Shown piece by piece: positions 55,601 to 60,498 of a DNA stretch of 64,000 nt. The notes below the pieces were generated by a model that saw only the letters and a program-made list of their open reading frames with translations, was not told where the DNA came from and did no database searches. A program made the translations under genes and the position numbers. Origin of the DNA: Saccostrea echinata (Eukaryota); NCBI RefSeq assembly GCF_033153115.1, contig NW_026889805.1:3410001-3474000 (forward strand). The letters run 5' to 3'. The stretch's first letter is position 1. Every line of letters begins with the position of its first letter.

Positions 55601-58600
55601 ATATAAGGATAAAAAGATATCCAATATACTACAGATTGTGGAAGTTTGAATTTGTTTTCAACAGAGATATTGTGGTACGTTTTTTTTCCACCTACGTATA
55701 TTAATTGAAATTGCGTTGAAAAAAATATTATACAACTTTTCTTTTTATCATGTCTTGTGCACTTCTGTGAATTAATTTATTTTAGCTGATCCATTGAATG
55801 TCTCACTGTATTTTCTCCACAACTTTGCCAGAGCTACTCCAAAATCCTCAGATCTTGTACTTTGCTGAATACCAAAAATAAAAGATTCTGAAAAGTTTAT
55901 GAGGGGTGTGACATAAGTCCTATAGGTTTACTGTGGTGACAATATGATATTTGACAACTGAGAGAAGACTATAGATGTATGTTTGATTGGCATTAATGTT
56001 AGAAACTGCAAGCTGTATACTAGAAATGCACCCCCTGCCCCAAATATCTAAGAGAAAGTATTAAATTTAAAATAGTTCATTGATCCATTAACAGTACCAA
56101 TTCTGTGTTTTGTATTCATAAGCTTTTCAAATAACACTGTTTTCCTAACAAATTAAGGTCATACAAAAAAATTCCGACCTTAATCAAAAATAAAATTTTT
56201 TATTGCATTTTTTCATTTTATTTTTATTTTTCTGACCGACTGCTTAAATTTCGAGCTTTTATTTTTATTTTTATTTCGACCCCCCGACTCAAATTTTTGA
56301 AAAAAAATTCCCGTAAAACAGAAAATAAAAAAATGTTGGCCTTAGCTACTAGAAGGACAACTTTCAGAAAATTTATTAAAAACATAAAACATAGGTAAAA
56401 AAAAAAATAAAATGGCTAAAAATATAAAATGGTCATGATTTCAAACAAATAGATTTTTCATAATTCACATCACTTAATTAGTACTGATTAAAAACTGGCC
56501 TTATATCAGGTAAACATAGTGAAATATAATTCTTATAAAGCCCTGTTACTCTTCAGTTAAGTATCATTCATATTAGACAGACACATGTGTAAGGCTAATA
56601 TAAATTTTAAACTACCTTTGACCAGTACTGATTAAAAAAAAAACATTTGAGCAATTTGTATAACATATCTTAGTATAAGCTGGGACAATTTTATCACCTA
56701 TGGTTTGTTGACATACAAGTTTCTTCCAAATTGTGCACATTTCTGAAGACATCTGCTTGCATTTGTCTTATTCTATCAGTGTGTGTGTAAATGCATATTT
56801 GGATGAATGACAGAAACCTGAACTATTGCTTGATATTGATGTGTTTTGGCAGGCATTTAGCTTCAATATTCCTTTCCCTTCTGATAAGCAAATCCAGAAA
56901 TAGCTAGGTGGTTTTTCTGCCTCATTATCTTGACAAGCCACCATATAAAATGAATGCAGGATAAAACTTAAATGAATTGCTAGTCACACCTTGAGTCTAA
57001 CAAACTTCACAAGTCCTAAATATCTGCCTAGGTCTGCCTACCATCTGTACTTTTGATGCTTGCCTCTCTGCCCTGCTATCTGTACTTTTGTTGTTTACCT
57101 TTTTATCCTGTTATCTGGATTTTCCTTGCTTGCCTCTTTGTCCTGCTACCTATATTTTTCTTGCTTGACTATTTGTATTTCTGTTGTTCCCTCTTTGTCC
57201 TACTATCTTTTCTTGTTTCCCTATTTGTCCCGCTATTTTTACTTTTCTTGCTTGTCTCTCTGTCCTGCTACCTGTATTCTTGTTGCTTGCCTCTCTGCCT
57301 GCTATCTGTATTTTTTTTTTTTGCTTGCCTCTTTGCCCTACTATCTGTATTTTTGTTGCTAGCCCCTTAATCTTTGTCCTGCTTTTTGTACTTTTCTTGT
57401 TTCCCTCTATGCCCAATTATTTGTACTTTGTTGCTAGTCTCTTTGCCCTGCTACCTGTATTTTTGTTGCTTGCCTCACTTCCCTGCTTTTTGTAGTTTCT
57501 TGTTTTACCTTTTTGTCCTGCTATCTGTACTTTTCTTGCTTGTTTCTTTGCCTTGCTACCAGAATTTTTTTTTGGCTTGCCTCTTTGTCCTTCTATCTGT
57601 ACTTTTGTTCCTCTCCCCATTGTCCTACTATTTGTACTTTTGTTGCTTGCCTCTATGTCCTGCTATTTGTTCTTTTGTTGCTTGCCTCTTTGTCCTGCTA
57701 TTTGTATTTTGTTGCTTGCCTCTATGTCCTGCTATTTGTTCTTTTGTTGCTTGCCTCTTTGTCCTGCTGTTTGTACTTTTGTTGCTTGCCTCTATGTCCT
57801 GTTATTTGTTCTTTGGTTGCTTGCCTCTTTGTCCTGCTATTTGTACTTTTGTTGCTTGCCCCTATGTCCTGCTATTTGTTCTTTGGTTGCTTGCCTCTTT
57901 GTCCTGCTGTTTGTACTTTTGTTGTTTCCTTGTGAGAGCCCTGCTCTATGTCCCGCTATCTGTCCTTTTTCTAGTTAGTTGTCCTTCTATACATACTTCA
58001 TCAGACATTTTCCCTGCTACAAACACCATCATTGTTGCCTCTCTATCCAGCTACAACTTTAGCTGCTGTTTTCTTCTATTTTGTTGTTGTTGTTGTAAAC
58101 CTTTTTATGTTGCCCTGGTCTACAAGTACTACTGATGTTTCTTCTTTCCCCTTCACATACTTGTATATCTGCTAAATGCTTCTCACTTTGTTCCACTAGG
58201 ATGATTCTTGTTAGATTAATTATAACATATACAGGTATTCCTCTTGTTAAGCTATGACACGCTACTTTCAGTGCTTGCACATTTGACCTGCCACATGCAC
58301 AAGGGATACAAATCTAAATGCCGTACCTTATGTAGTATTCTTGTTTATCTAATAGCCCTACATATACACATGTACTAAAGTTTCTGTTCTGATGGCAATG
58401 TCTCTGATACACTTGCCTCATCCTGTAAAATCCTGCTAATATTTTCACCTGCTAATGTCCTAATGTTGCTACATTAAATCTACTTATGTTGGTGTCTATT
58501 TTTCTGCCCTCTTACCTTCCTTGGTTTCCTCCTGAGTGCCATGTTGTTCCCCTTTCACACTGCTAGAGTGCCTACAATGAACAACAAAATATTAATACAT

Positions 58601-60498
58601 TTTACCAGTATTTCATATAAGCCAGTTTTTTTACAATAAATATCCTAAATATTGTCTCTATATTGAGGCAATAACATTTCAATTACGATTTTTAAAATCA
58701 AAACTTTGTGAATATGTAAAATTACGTACAGTAAAATGTTATCTATAGAACATTTGTTTTGAAATTATGTGTACTCTGTTAAAAATAAGATAAGATGATT
58801 TGTGTAAATACACAAAATCAATGTCATCAAGGAAGTTTCTTCTCTGACTGTTCTTAGTTATAAATAGATCAATTAATGTAACCCTACAGTTAAAAAAGGC
58901 ATGACCAACTGTTGCCATCCATATAACCACTGCTTCTCTCTCAATCTCTCTCTCTATCTCTCTCCCCAATTTTACAACAGAAAAGCCCATACAACAAACT
59001 CCCAAACTTTTATGTAATAAGCATTAACAGGAACATGTGTTTTGAATAGTGAGAATACATTTTCCTTACACTCAAGTGTTTTGCACAGATAAAAATAAAG
59101 AACACATAGTTTCTAAAATTTTTTTCTTTCACTAATTACCTATAATATTTAACGACGAAATGAAAAACCAATGTCCTTTATTGATAACATACACTACATC
59201 CTACTGAAAATAATATAAAGTAAAGTATGCAAGAATAATGGGAATAAAATTCCCTTTGTAAGAGATATTTATATTTTATATATATTAACATAACTAACTT
59301 TCACTCTGTGTATATAAACTATCTACAGTTTATCATTTCCTGAGAAAAACCCAAATAGTAGAGGCAAACAAGAAAAGCCAGTTCCTGTACGACATCAGAT
59401 TTGTGTAGTGTCGCAGATACCCATTACACACAATTTACTCATGCAGGACACAAAATTAAGACCTAACACATTAAATCCAGTCACCCTTGGAAAGATTTAC
59501 AATGTAAACACCTGACCTAAAACAGCTATCTACAAAGTAGAAGTACCACCTTAAATTGAGCTGAAGGAATTATAATTGCACAGGGAAAGGAAAAGACTAT
59601 ATATTTAACATTCCCTTGGTCTAGAATTTAGTAAAATCATGTGGGAAAGTTGTCATTCATTGCATCAGGACACTTGTATACATGACAGGTGACTGTAGAC
59701 ACAGCCCTGGTCTGGAGTAGATCAGCTAGACCCTCAGTTGATGTCTGTGTACAATATACATGTACTATGTCCAGTCATTCTTGTCATAGAGTACTCAACA
59801 AGTGTGTTAACGTGTACCAAATGATGACACACCAATATACACAAGACATCAATTTCCTGGCATAGACATATGTAAGTTATCAGTTCATTTCCTTCCCCCA
59901 TCAATGCATTCTGCAGCACAGATGATCCACAATGTCAGATTCTTACAAAGTAATGCATACAAGTTTGGATCCATTACGAGTACAGCTGATTTTAATACAT
60001 TAATGTATAACCCTTTCACCCTTATTTAGCCAGTGCTATCACAGTTATATACACAAACAATCTGTGTGTACATGCACCATGTAACCCTTACTGTGATGAT
60101 AATTAATATAGCAGACAGATATTATTGGTGTATTAGTAATACCTGTCATTCACGTCTTTCCTACATTCATTAGTTATCAGATCATCCCTGGAGCTGGACT
60201 TAGCCCTATGCCACGGGACATGCAGGCTTTGTCGCAGTTTGGGGGATGCAGGTTTATCTAAGAGGTCCTCCCTTGAGCTAAACCGATGCTTAGAACTATG
60301 CTTCTTTCTCAGTATAACCGGAGGATCTTCATTGATCAGATCGTCTCTGGACCCACCCTTAACATGAGCATTACAGGTTCGGGACAGGTGTTCCCCTGAT
60401 CCTATGAGTCCATCATCTTTTTTTAAGGCCTCTTTATCTTGCTTAGAAGAGCCGAAATGAAGAACGTCCATCGATCGCCATTTTTTTCCCAATGGCAT
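1959..60498 (-). CDS. ARHGEF12: RH-domain Rho guanine nucleotide exchange factor, ARHGEF11/12 (PDZ-RhoGEF/LARG)/RhoGEF2-like; whole gene span, 41 coding exons, about 1831 aa
   Basis: Manually spliced exons are all GT-AG, phase-compatible and sum to 5496 nt. They encode PDZ (YIQRCVIIQRDEKGYGLTVRGDNPVYVESVKTDGAAERAGVRQGDRICKVNGTLVTNSNHLEVVKLIK, very close to LARG as I recall it), RH, C1, DH (EVINELFYTERTH...RRLQLRDLIPTQMMRLTKYPLL) and PH domains. Probably a single invertebrate co-orthologue of ARHGEF1/11/12, so the symbol is approximate. Confidence 0.93.
2752..2980. repeat. 41-bp degenerate minisatellite (about 5.5 copies) spanning the terminal-exon acceptor
   Basis: Unit like taatgatctgagtgaacatctgtaattcaaaagttcaaaca. 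Confidence 0.85.
3190..4122. mobile_element. Non-autonomous hAT-type DNA transposon
   Basis: TIRs CAGGGTTGGC/GCCAACCCTG, perfect 8-bp TSD GTTCTGCA (3182-3189, 4123-4130), subterminal GGGAAATAC repeats. Confidence 0.92.
4231..4453 (-). CDS. ARHGEF12: RhoGEF exon, coiled coil (AVVNSRDEERERLRLELKAAQEEL...DEDMP)
   Basis: tag| ... CAG|gtagaa, phase 0 to 1. Confidence 0.9.
4720..4830. repeat. Palindrome with about 45-bp arms, probably from a DNA element
   Basis: ...gggttg..tcaagtccatagaagg / ccttctatggacttgaccaaccc... Confidence 0.75.
6377..6433 (-). CDS. ARHGEF12: RhoGEF probable cassette exon (EKTRQYAALNSGHTPTTSS)
   Basis: cag| ... |gtgagt, 57 nt, phase 0-0, GC-rich patch in the intron. Confidence 0.62.
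6947..7041 (-). CDS. ARHGEF12: RhoGEF exon (SGLAEEDLK...NQILTNLL)
   Basis: tag| ... |gtaagc, phase 1 to 0. Confidence 0.87.
7611..7710 (-). CDS. ARHGEF12: RhoGEF exon (MVEEMPENA...LLNNAE)
   Basis: cag| ... |gtatgt, phase 0 to 1. Confidence 0.85.
8327..8436 (-). CDS. ARHGEF12: RhoGEF exon (EKIRRLDETLQEHLQEKTVLVAEVLNIP...)
   Basis: Post-PH coiled coil of Lbc-type GEFs; |gtattg. Confidence 0.9.
9101..9213 (-). CDS. ARHGEF12: RhoGEF exon (EEELIQPDEITVQNP...AEPVLTPL)
   Basis: cag| ... |gtatgt, phase 2 to 1. Confidence 0.9.
9521..9634 (-). CDS. ARHGEF12: RhoGEF exon, PH C-terminal helix (KWIRHIKEAAETF...)
   Basis: Invariant PH tryptophan; phase 2-2. Confidence 0.92.
9878..9953 (-). CDS. ARHGEF12: RhoGEF exon, PH (DKKAFFVVSKTQIYELSATSTEEQK)
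   Basis: ATDKKAFF..QIYEL motif. Confidence 0.96.
10344..10593 (-). CDS. ARHGEF12: RhoGEF exon, PH domain (ELDLSKHKLMLDGALTW...LLEDLLVLFQKQDDKLVLK...FSPLLRL)
   Basis: Lbc-family PH motifs. Confidence 0.97.
10708..10868 (-). CDS. ARHGEF12: RhoGEF exon, end of DH (ILAYVNQAVKDCEN)
   Basis: VNQAVK..EN motif. Confidence 0.96.
10990..11107 (-). CDS. ARHGEF12: RhoGEF exon, DH (EAESSPLMRRLQLRDLIPTQMMRLTKYPLLIENLMKYT)
   Basis: DH conserved region 3, RLTKYPLL. Confidence 0.97.
11195..11317 (-). CDS. ARHGEF12: RhoGEF exon, DH (FDTEGEAFRNGCAKFCQNQQYALDLL...)
   Basis: FC..Q..AL motif; |gtgagt. Confidence 0.96.
11579..11801. mobile_element. MITE (TA-flanked, Tc1/mariner-like ends)
   Basis: tactgcagtttcttaatcatatgcaa ... 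ttgcataaattaaggaatctacagta. Confidence 0.6.
11844..11923 (-). CDS. ARHGEF12: RhoGEF exon, DH (VVTEVGDILLAR)
   Basis: IGD.LL.F motif; |gtaagt. Confidence 0.96.
12106..12252 (-). CDS. ARHGEF12: RhoGEF exon, DH (ELFYTERTHCRNLKILQNLFYKPM...LFPNLEEMIALH)
   Basis: Canonical DH conserved region 1. Confidence 0.97.
12518..12963. mobile_element. MITE (TA-flanked)
   Basis: tacagtgaaactc ... gagttttactgta. Confidence 0.6.
13061..13236 (-). CDS. ARHGEF12: RhoGEF exon, start of DH (...KKLRPKDRKRLEVIN)
   Basis: R.EVINE DH start; |gtaag. Confidence 0.95.
13256..13455. repeat. About 41-bp minisatellite (about 5 copies) next to the DH-start exon acceptor
   Basis: agttaaatggtaga...aaatcatttaacactgtaga units. 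Confidence 0.85.
14250..14324 (-). CDS. ARHGEF12: RhoGEF exon (SDVEIDDNMM...SSSSSSI)
   Basis: SDV.[ID] motif and Ser run as in PDZ-RhoGEF; |gtatgg. Confidence 0.88.
15459..15542 (-). CDS. ARHGEF12: RhoGEF exon (KSTEISRSESLKGRQ...RRVK)
   Basis: RSESLK motif as in PDZ-RhoGEF; |gtgaat. Confidence 0.88.
16435..16543 (-). CDS. ARHGEF12: RhoGEF exon (VTPMHSVNSLIKRYDNG...EDMAN)
   Basis: cag| ... |gtaggt, phase 1 to 2; V..LI..Y resembles the actin-binding-type motif of PDZ-RhoGEF. Confidence 0.85.
16942..17034 (-). CDS. ARHGEF12: RhoGEF exon (VPSTSEAPSPSP...EREEDK)
   Basis: cag| ... |gtaact, phase 1-1. Confidence 0.85.
17419..17645. mobile_element. MITE
   Basis: ccgtataagtggaatttttagcgag ... ctcactaaaatttctgcttatac. 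Confidence 0.55.
18213..18294. repeat. 18-bp minisatellite, about 4.5 copies
   Basis: gtgaacatgaacacaatg units. Confidence 0.85.
18795..18839 (-). CDS. ARHGEF12: RhoGEF probable cassette exon (DRHSSSSIEQMLSRS)
   Basis: tag| ... CAG|gtacgt, 45 nt, symmetric phase 1. Confidence 0.62.
19033..19146 (-). CDS. ARHGEF12: RhoGEF exon, C1 domain part 2 (NCEQWIHKYCLDSLEDQCPKKKRPR...)
   Basis: C-x4-H-x2-C-x7-C completes the C1 domain; CAG|gtaggt. Confidence 0.92.
19343..19451 (-). CDS. ARHGEF12: RhoGEF exon, C1 domain part 1 (GHSFQPQHFSRVENCIHCRELIWGVGIQGYQCS)
   Basis: H-x12-C-x2-C-x13-C C1 pattern; cag| ... |gtaagt. Confidence 0.95.
19580..19745 (-). CDS. ARHGEF12: RhoGEF exon, end of RH (SHAIAWAVATFLRHNGI...QRKR)
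   Basis: tag| ... |gtatga, phase 2 to 0. Confidence 0.9.
20870..21150. mobile_element. Foldback/MITE with about 67-bp inverted repeats, lying within the 49-bp array
   Basis: gactctgcatctcgtaggaatcccacaatt... vs ...aattgtgggattcttacgagatgcagagtc. Confidence 0.85.
21427..22062. repeat. 49-bp minisatellite (about 13 copies; further partial copies at 20707-20830) built from an exon end plus splice donor
   Basis: Unit gggactttgtcaatgtaaggagacagtaattgtactatgtgtaacttac; the last copy overlaps exon 22036-22147. Confidence 0.95.
22036..22147 (-). CDS. ARHGEF12: RhoGEF exon, RH domain (GFGTMYG...LSSYIDKV)
   Basis: Resembles GLGSLYG of PDZ-RhoGEF; CCC|gtaagt. Confidence 0.9.
22269..22440 (-). CDS. 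ARHGEF12: RhoGEF exon, RH domain (PLKVNVDQG...CSKLGL)
   Basis: APLKV and F..K..LGL motifs; |gtaagg. Confidence 0.93.
22601..22705 (-). CDS. ARHGEF12: RhoGEF exon, RH domain (LFYITTNVYQQ...QKWAFEIFSTFLANGA)
   Basis: cag| ... |gtaagt; RH helix motifs. Confidence 0.93.
22921..23028 (-). CDS. ARHGEF12: RhoGEF exon, RH domain (LDDCGPFSSLHQLETKPAHMSVFLNFVLQNESPSAL)
   Basis: PAH..VFL RH motif; tag| ... |gtttgt. Confidence 0.93.
24654..24719 (-). CDS. ARHGEF12: RhoGEF probable cassette exon (VPVNGRSSSLTTAYLNARSQAE)
   Basis: Pyrimidine tract plus cag| ... |gttaac, 66 nt, phase 0-0, weak donor. Confidence 0.55.
25014..25113. mobile_element. 100-bp mini foldback element with perfect 24-bp inverted repeats
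   Basis: gaggcctgttcaacagagcgaacg / cgttcgctctgttgaacaggcctc. Confidence 0.85.
25716..25817 (-). CDS. ARHGEF12: RhoGEF exon with RH N-terminal acidic motif (IIAAEEDEFNSDED)
   Basis: Matches the IIGAEDDDF G-alpha-13-binding motif of RH-RhoGEFs. Confidence 0.92.
26025..26162 (-). CDS. ARHGEF12: RhoGEF exon, Pro/Ser-rich (GTTGPVSDG...PPPSPTP...DLEYD)
   Basis: cag| ... |gtgagt, 138 nt. Confidence 0.87.
27768..27938 (-). CDS. ARHGEF12: RhoGEF exon (LPDGPKHKKSGSTP...ISRSMSD...DISPE)
   Basis: tag| ... |gtatct, 171 nt open, phase 0-0; may be a cassette exon. Confidence 0.78.
28164..28226 (-). CDS. ARHGEF12: RhoGEF exon (AQAAEESSPDIGNGDGSVTPW)
   Basis: cag| ... |gtaagt, 63 nt. Confidence 0.85.
28349..28566. 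mobile_element. MITE (TA-flanked, Tc1/mariner-like ends)
   Basis: tactgtgaaatcagatattttcgtgggg ... ccccacaaaaattagtgatttctcagta. Confidence 0.7.
30024..30161 (-). CDS. ARHGEF12: RhoGEF exon, coiled coil (RTRTQLQNNP...LNSSQNN)
   Basis: Strong acceptor, |gtaagt, 138 nt. Confidence 0.87.
30427..30507 (-). CDS. ARHGEF12: RhoGEF exon (SRKSAELQASKLSEIKKYYDNATEELQ)
   Basis: cag| ... |gttggc, 81 nt, phase 0-0, coiled-coil-like. Confidence 0.8.
30549..30629. repeat. 39-bp tandem duplication
   Basis: gtagactgtatt(a/g)tacaaagtatcaattatctattatat twice. Confidence 0.9.
31649..31770. mobile_element. Short palindromic MITE
   Basis: ccggggccataaaac..gatctctgtctcacttt / aaagtgagactgagatc..gtttcatggccctgg. 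Confidence 0.7.
32371..32441 (-). CDS. ARHGEF12: RhoGEF exon, last PDZ strand plus linker (AGSFVALTLMNKAPEKVTKPIPVD)
   Basis: cag| ... |gtaagt; GSFVALTL matches the LARG/PDZ-RhoGEF GSYVALT strand. Confidence 0.93.
32812..33252 (+). mobile_element. Degenerate Helentron-associated-type element with two roughly 180-bp internal repeats
   Basis: Repeated tgtccgatcaaaa block, GACA-like microsatellite, G-rich end followed by tataaa. Confidence 0.55.
34777..34960 (-). mobile_element. SINE remnant (3' tail CAAT repeat); shorter copy at 32631-32690
   Basis: gattgattgtatgttgttttacgtccc...ttcactcatatagaga...ggtgaagggct shared with 32631; resembles a common bivalve SINE (recalled). Confidence 0.6.
35291..35474 (-). 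CDS. Probable alternative first coding exon (MEDKMKENGYQEGYNSLPLKRKNCKKYRRASD...TGQED)
   Basis: 61 codons of protein-like, GC-elevated sequence ending T|gtaggt, phase 1, in frame with the exon at 32441. Confidence 0.65.
37397..37427 (-). CDS. Candidate alternative first coding exon (MLRKSGTNRR)
   Basis: ATG plus 31 nt ending GAG|gtaggg, phase 1, in frame with the exon at 32441. Confidence 0.35.
39391..39424 (-). CDS. Candidate alternative first coding exon (MNKFLEKRRSQ)
   Basis: ATG plus 34 nt ending A|gtaagt, phase 1, in frame with the exon at 32441. Confidence 0.4.
42600..42618 (-). CDS. Candidate alternative first coding exon (MLEDSE)
   Basis: ATG plus 19 nt ending AAG|gtaagc, phase 1, in frame with the exon at 32441. 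Confidence 0.4.
44855..47036 (+). mobile_element. Helentron-associated interspersed element carrying a roughly 146-bp satellite array (about 7 units)
   Basis: 5' aaacaagatgtgtttgtgaaacac...gcccc, tandem aaggtcttgtcacaagg units, GACA microsatellite, 3' hairpin ccccg...cgggg then cataa. Confidence 0.85.
44998..46017. mobile_element. Non-autonomous Tc1/mariner/pogo-like element nested in the satellite element
   Basis: TA TSD; TIRs cagtggaacctcatttatccggacgc / gcgtccggatatctgaaggtccactg; the host repeat unit rejoins on removal. Confidence 0.85.
47982..48429 (+). mobile_element. Second Helentron-associated element family with two roughly 146-bp repeats
   Basis: aaacaag start, tagtcccct subterminal repeat, GACA/GACG microsatellite, terminal hairpin agtcccct...aggggact. 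Confidence 0.8.
48991..49048 (-). CDS. ARHGEF12: RhoGEF exon, PDZ part 3 (VNGTLVTNSNHLEVVKLIK)
   Basis: tag| ... |gtaag; nearly identical to the LARG PDZ segment. Confidence 0.96.
51800..51849 (-). CDS. ARHGEF12: RhoGEF exon, PDZ part 2 (DGAAERAGVRQGDRICK)
   Basis: tag| ... |gtaaat; GAA..AGV..GDRI motif. Confidence 0.96.
52534..53165 (+). mobile_element. 3'-truncated copy of the 44855-47036 satellite-carrying element (about 4 units)
   Basis: Same 5' end and same aaggtcttgtcacaagg/aaagttatggccaaggtta units. Confidence 0.85.
53327..53785. mobile_element. hAT-like MITE
   Basis: TIRs tagggctgtcatgatt / aatcgtgacagcccta; degenerate 8-bp TSD accacttg/acaatttg. Confidence 0.75.
53942..54040 (-). 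CDS. ARHGEF12: RhoGEF exon, PDZ part 1 (GYIQRCVIIQRDEKGYGLTVRGDNPVYVESVKT)
   Basis: cag| ... |gtcagt; LARG-like PDZ with GYGL carboxylate-binding loop. Confidence 0.96.
54549..56341. mobile_element. 1.8-kb non-autonomous DNA transposon, PIF/Harbinger-like
   Basis: TIRs ggccaacatttttt.at..ctgttttacggga / tcccgtaaaacag..ataaaaaaatgttggcc, TTA TSD. Confidence 0.82.
57040..57970. repeat. 35-bp pyrimidine-rich minisatellite (about 26 copies)
   Basis: Unit tgcttgcctctttgtcctgctatttgtacttttgt. Confidence 0.95.
58516..58571 (-). CDS. ARHGEF12: RhoGEF exon (RHSSSVKGEQHGTQEETKE)
   Basis: tag| ... |gtaag, 56 nt, phase 2 to 1, open frame joining into the PDZ exon. Confidence 0.8.
60143..60498 (-). CDS. 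ARHGEF12: RhoGEF putative first coding exon (MPLGKKWRSMD...RKDVND)
   Basis: ATG-initiated 118-codon ORF ending AG|gtatta, phase 2, matching the next exon. No homology recognised; other first exons may lie outside the window. Confidence 0.7.

Noticed and set aside
57053-58135. Overlapping Cys/Leu/Phe-rich ORFs up to 253 aa
   Set aside because: They arise in all frames from the 35-bp minisatellite.
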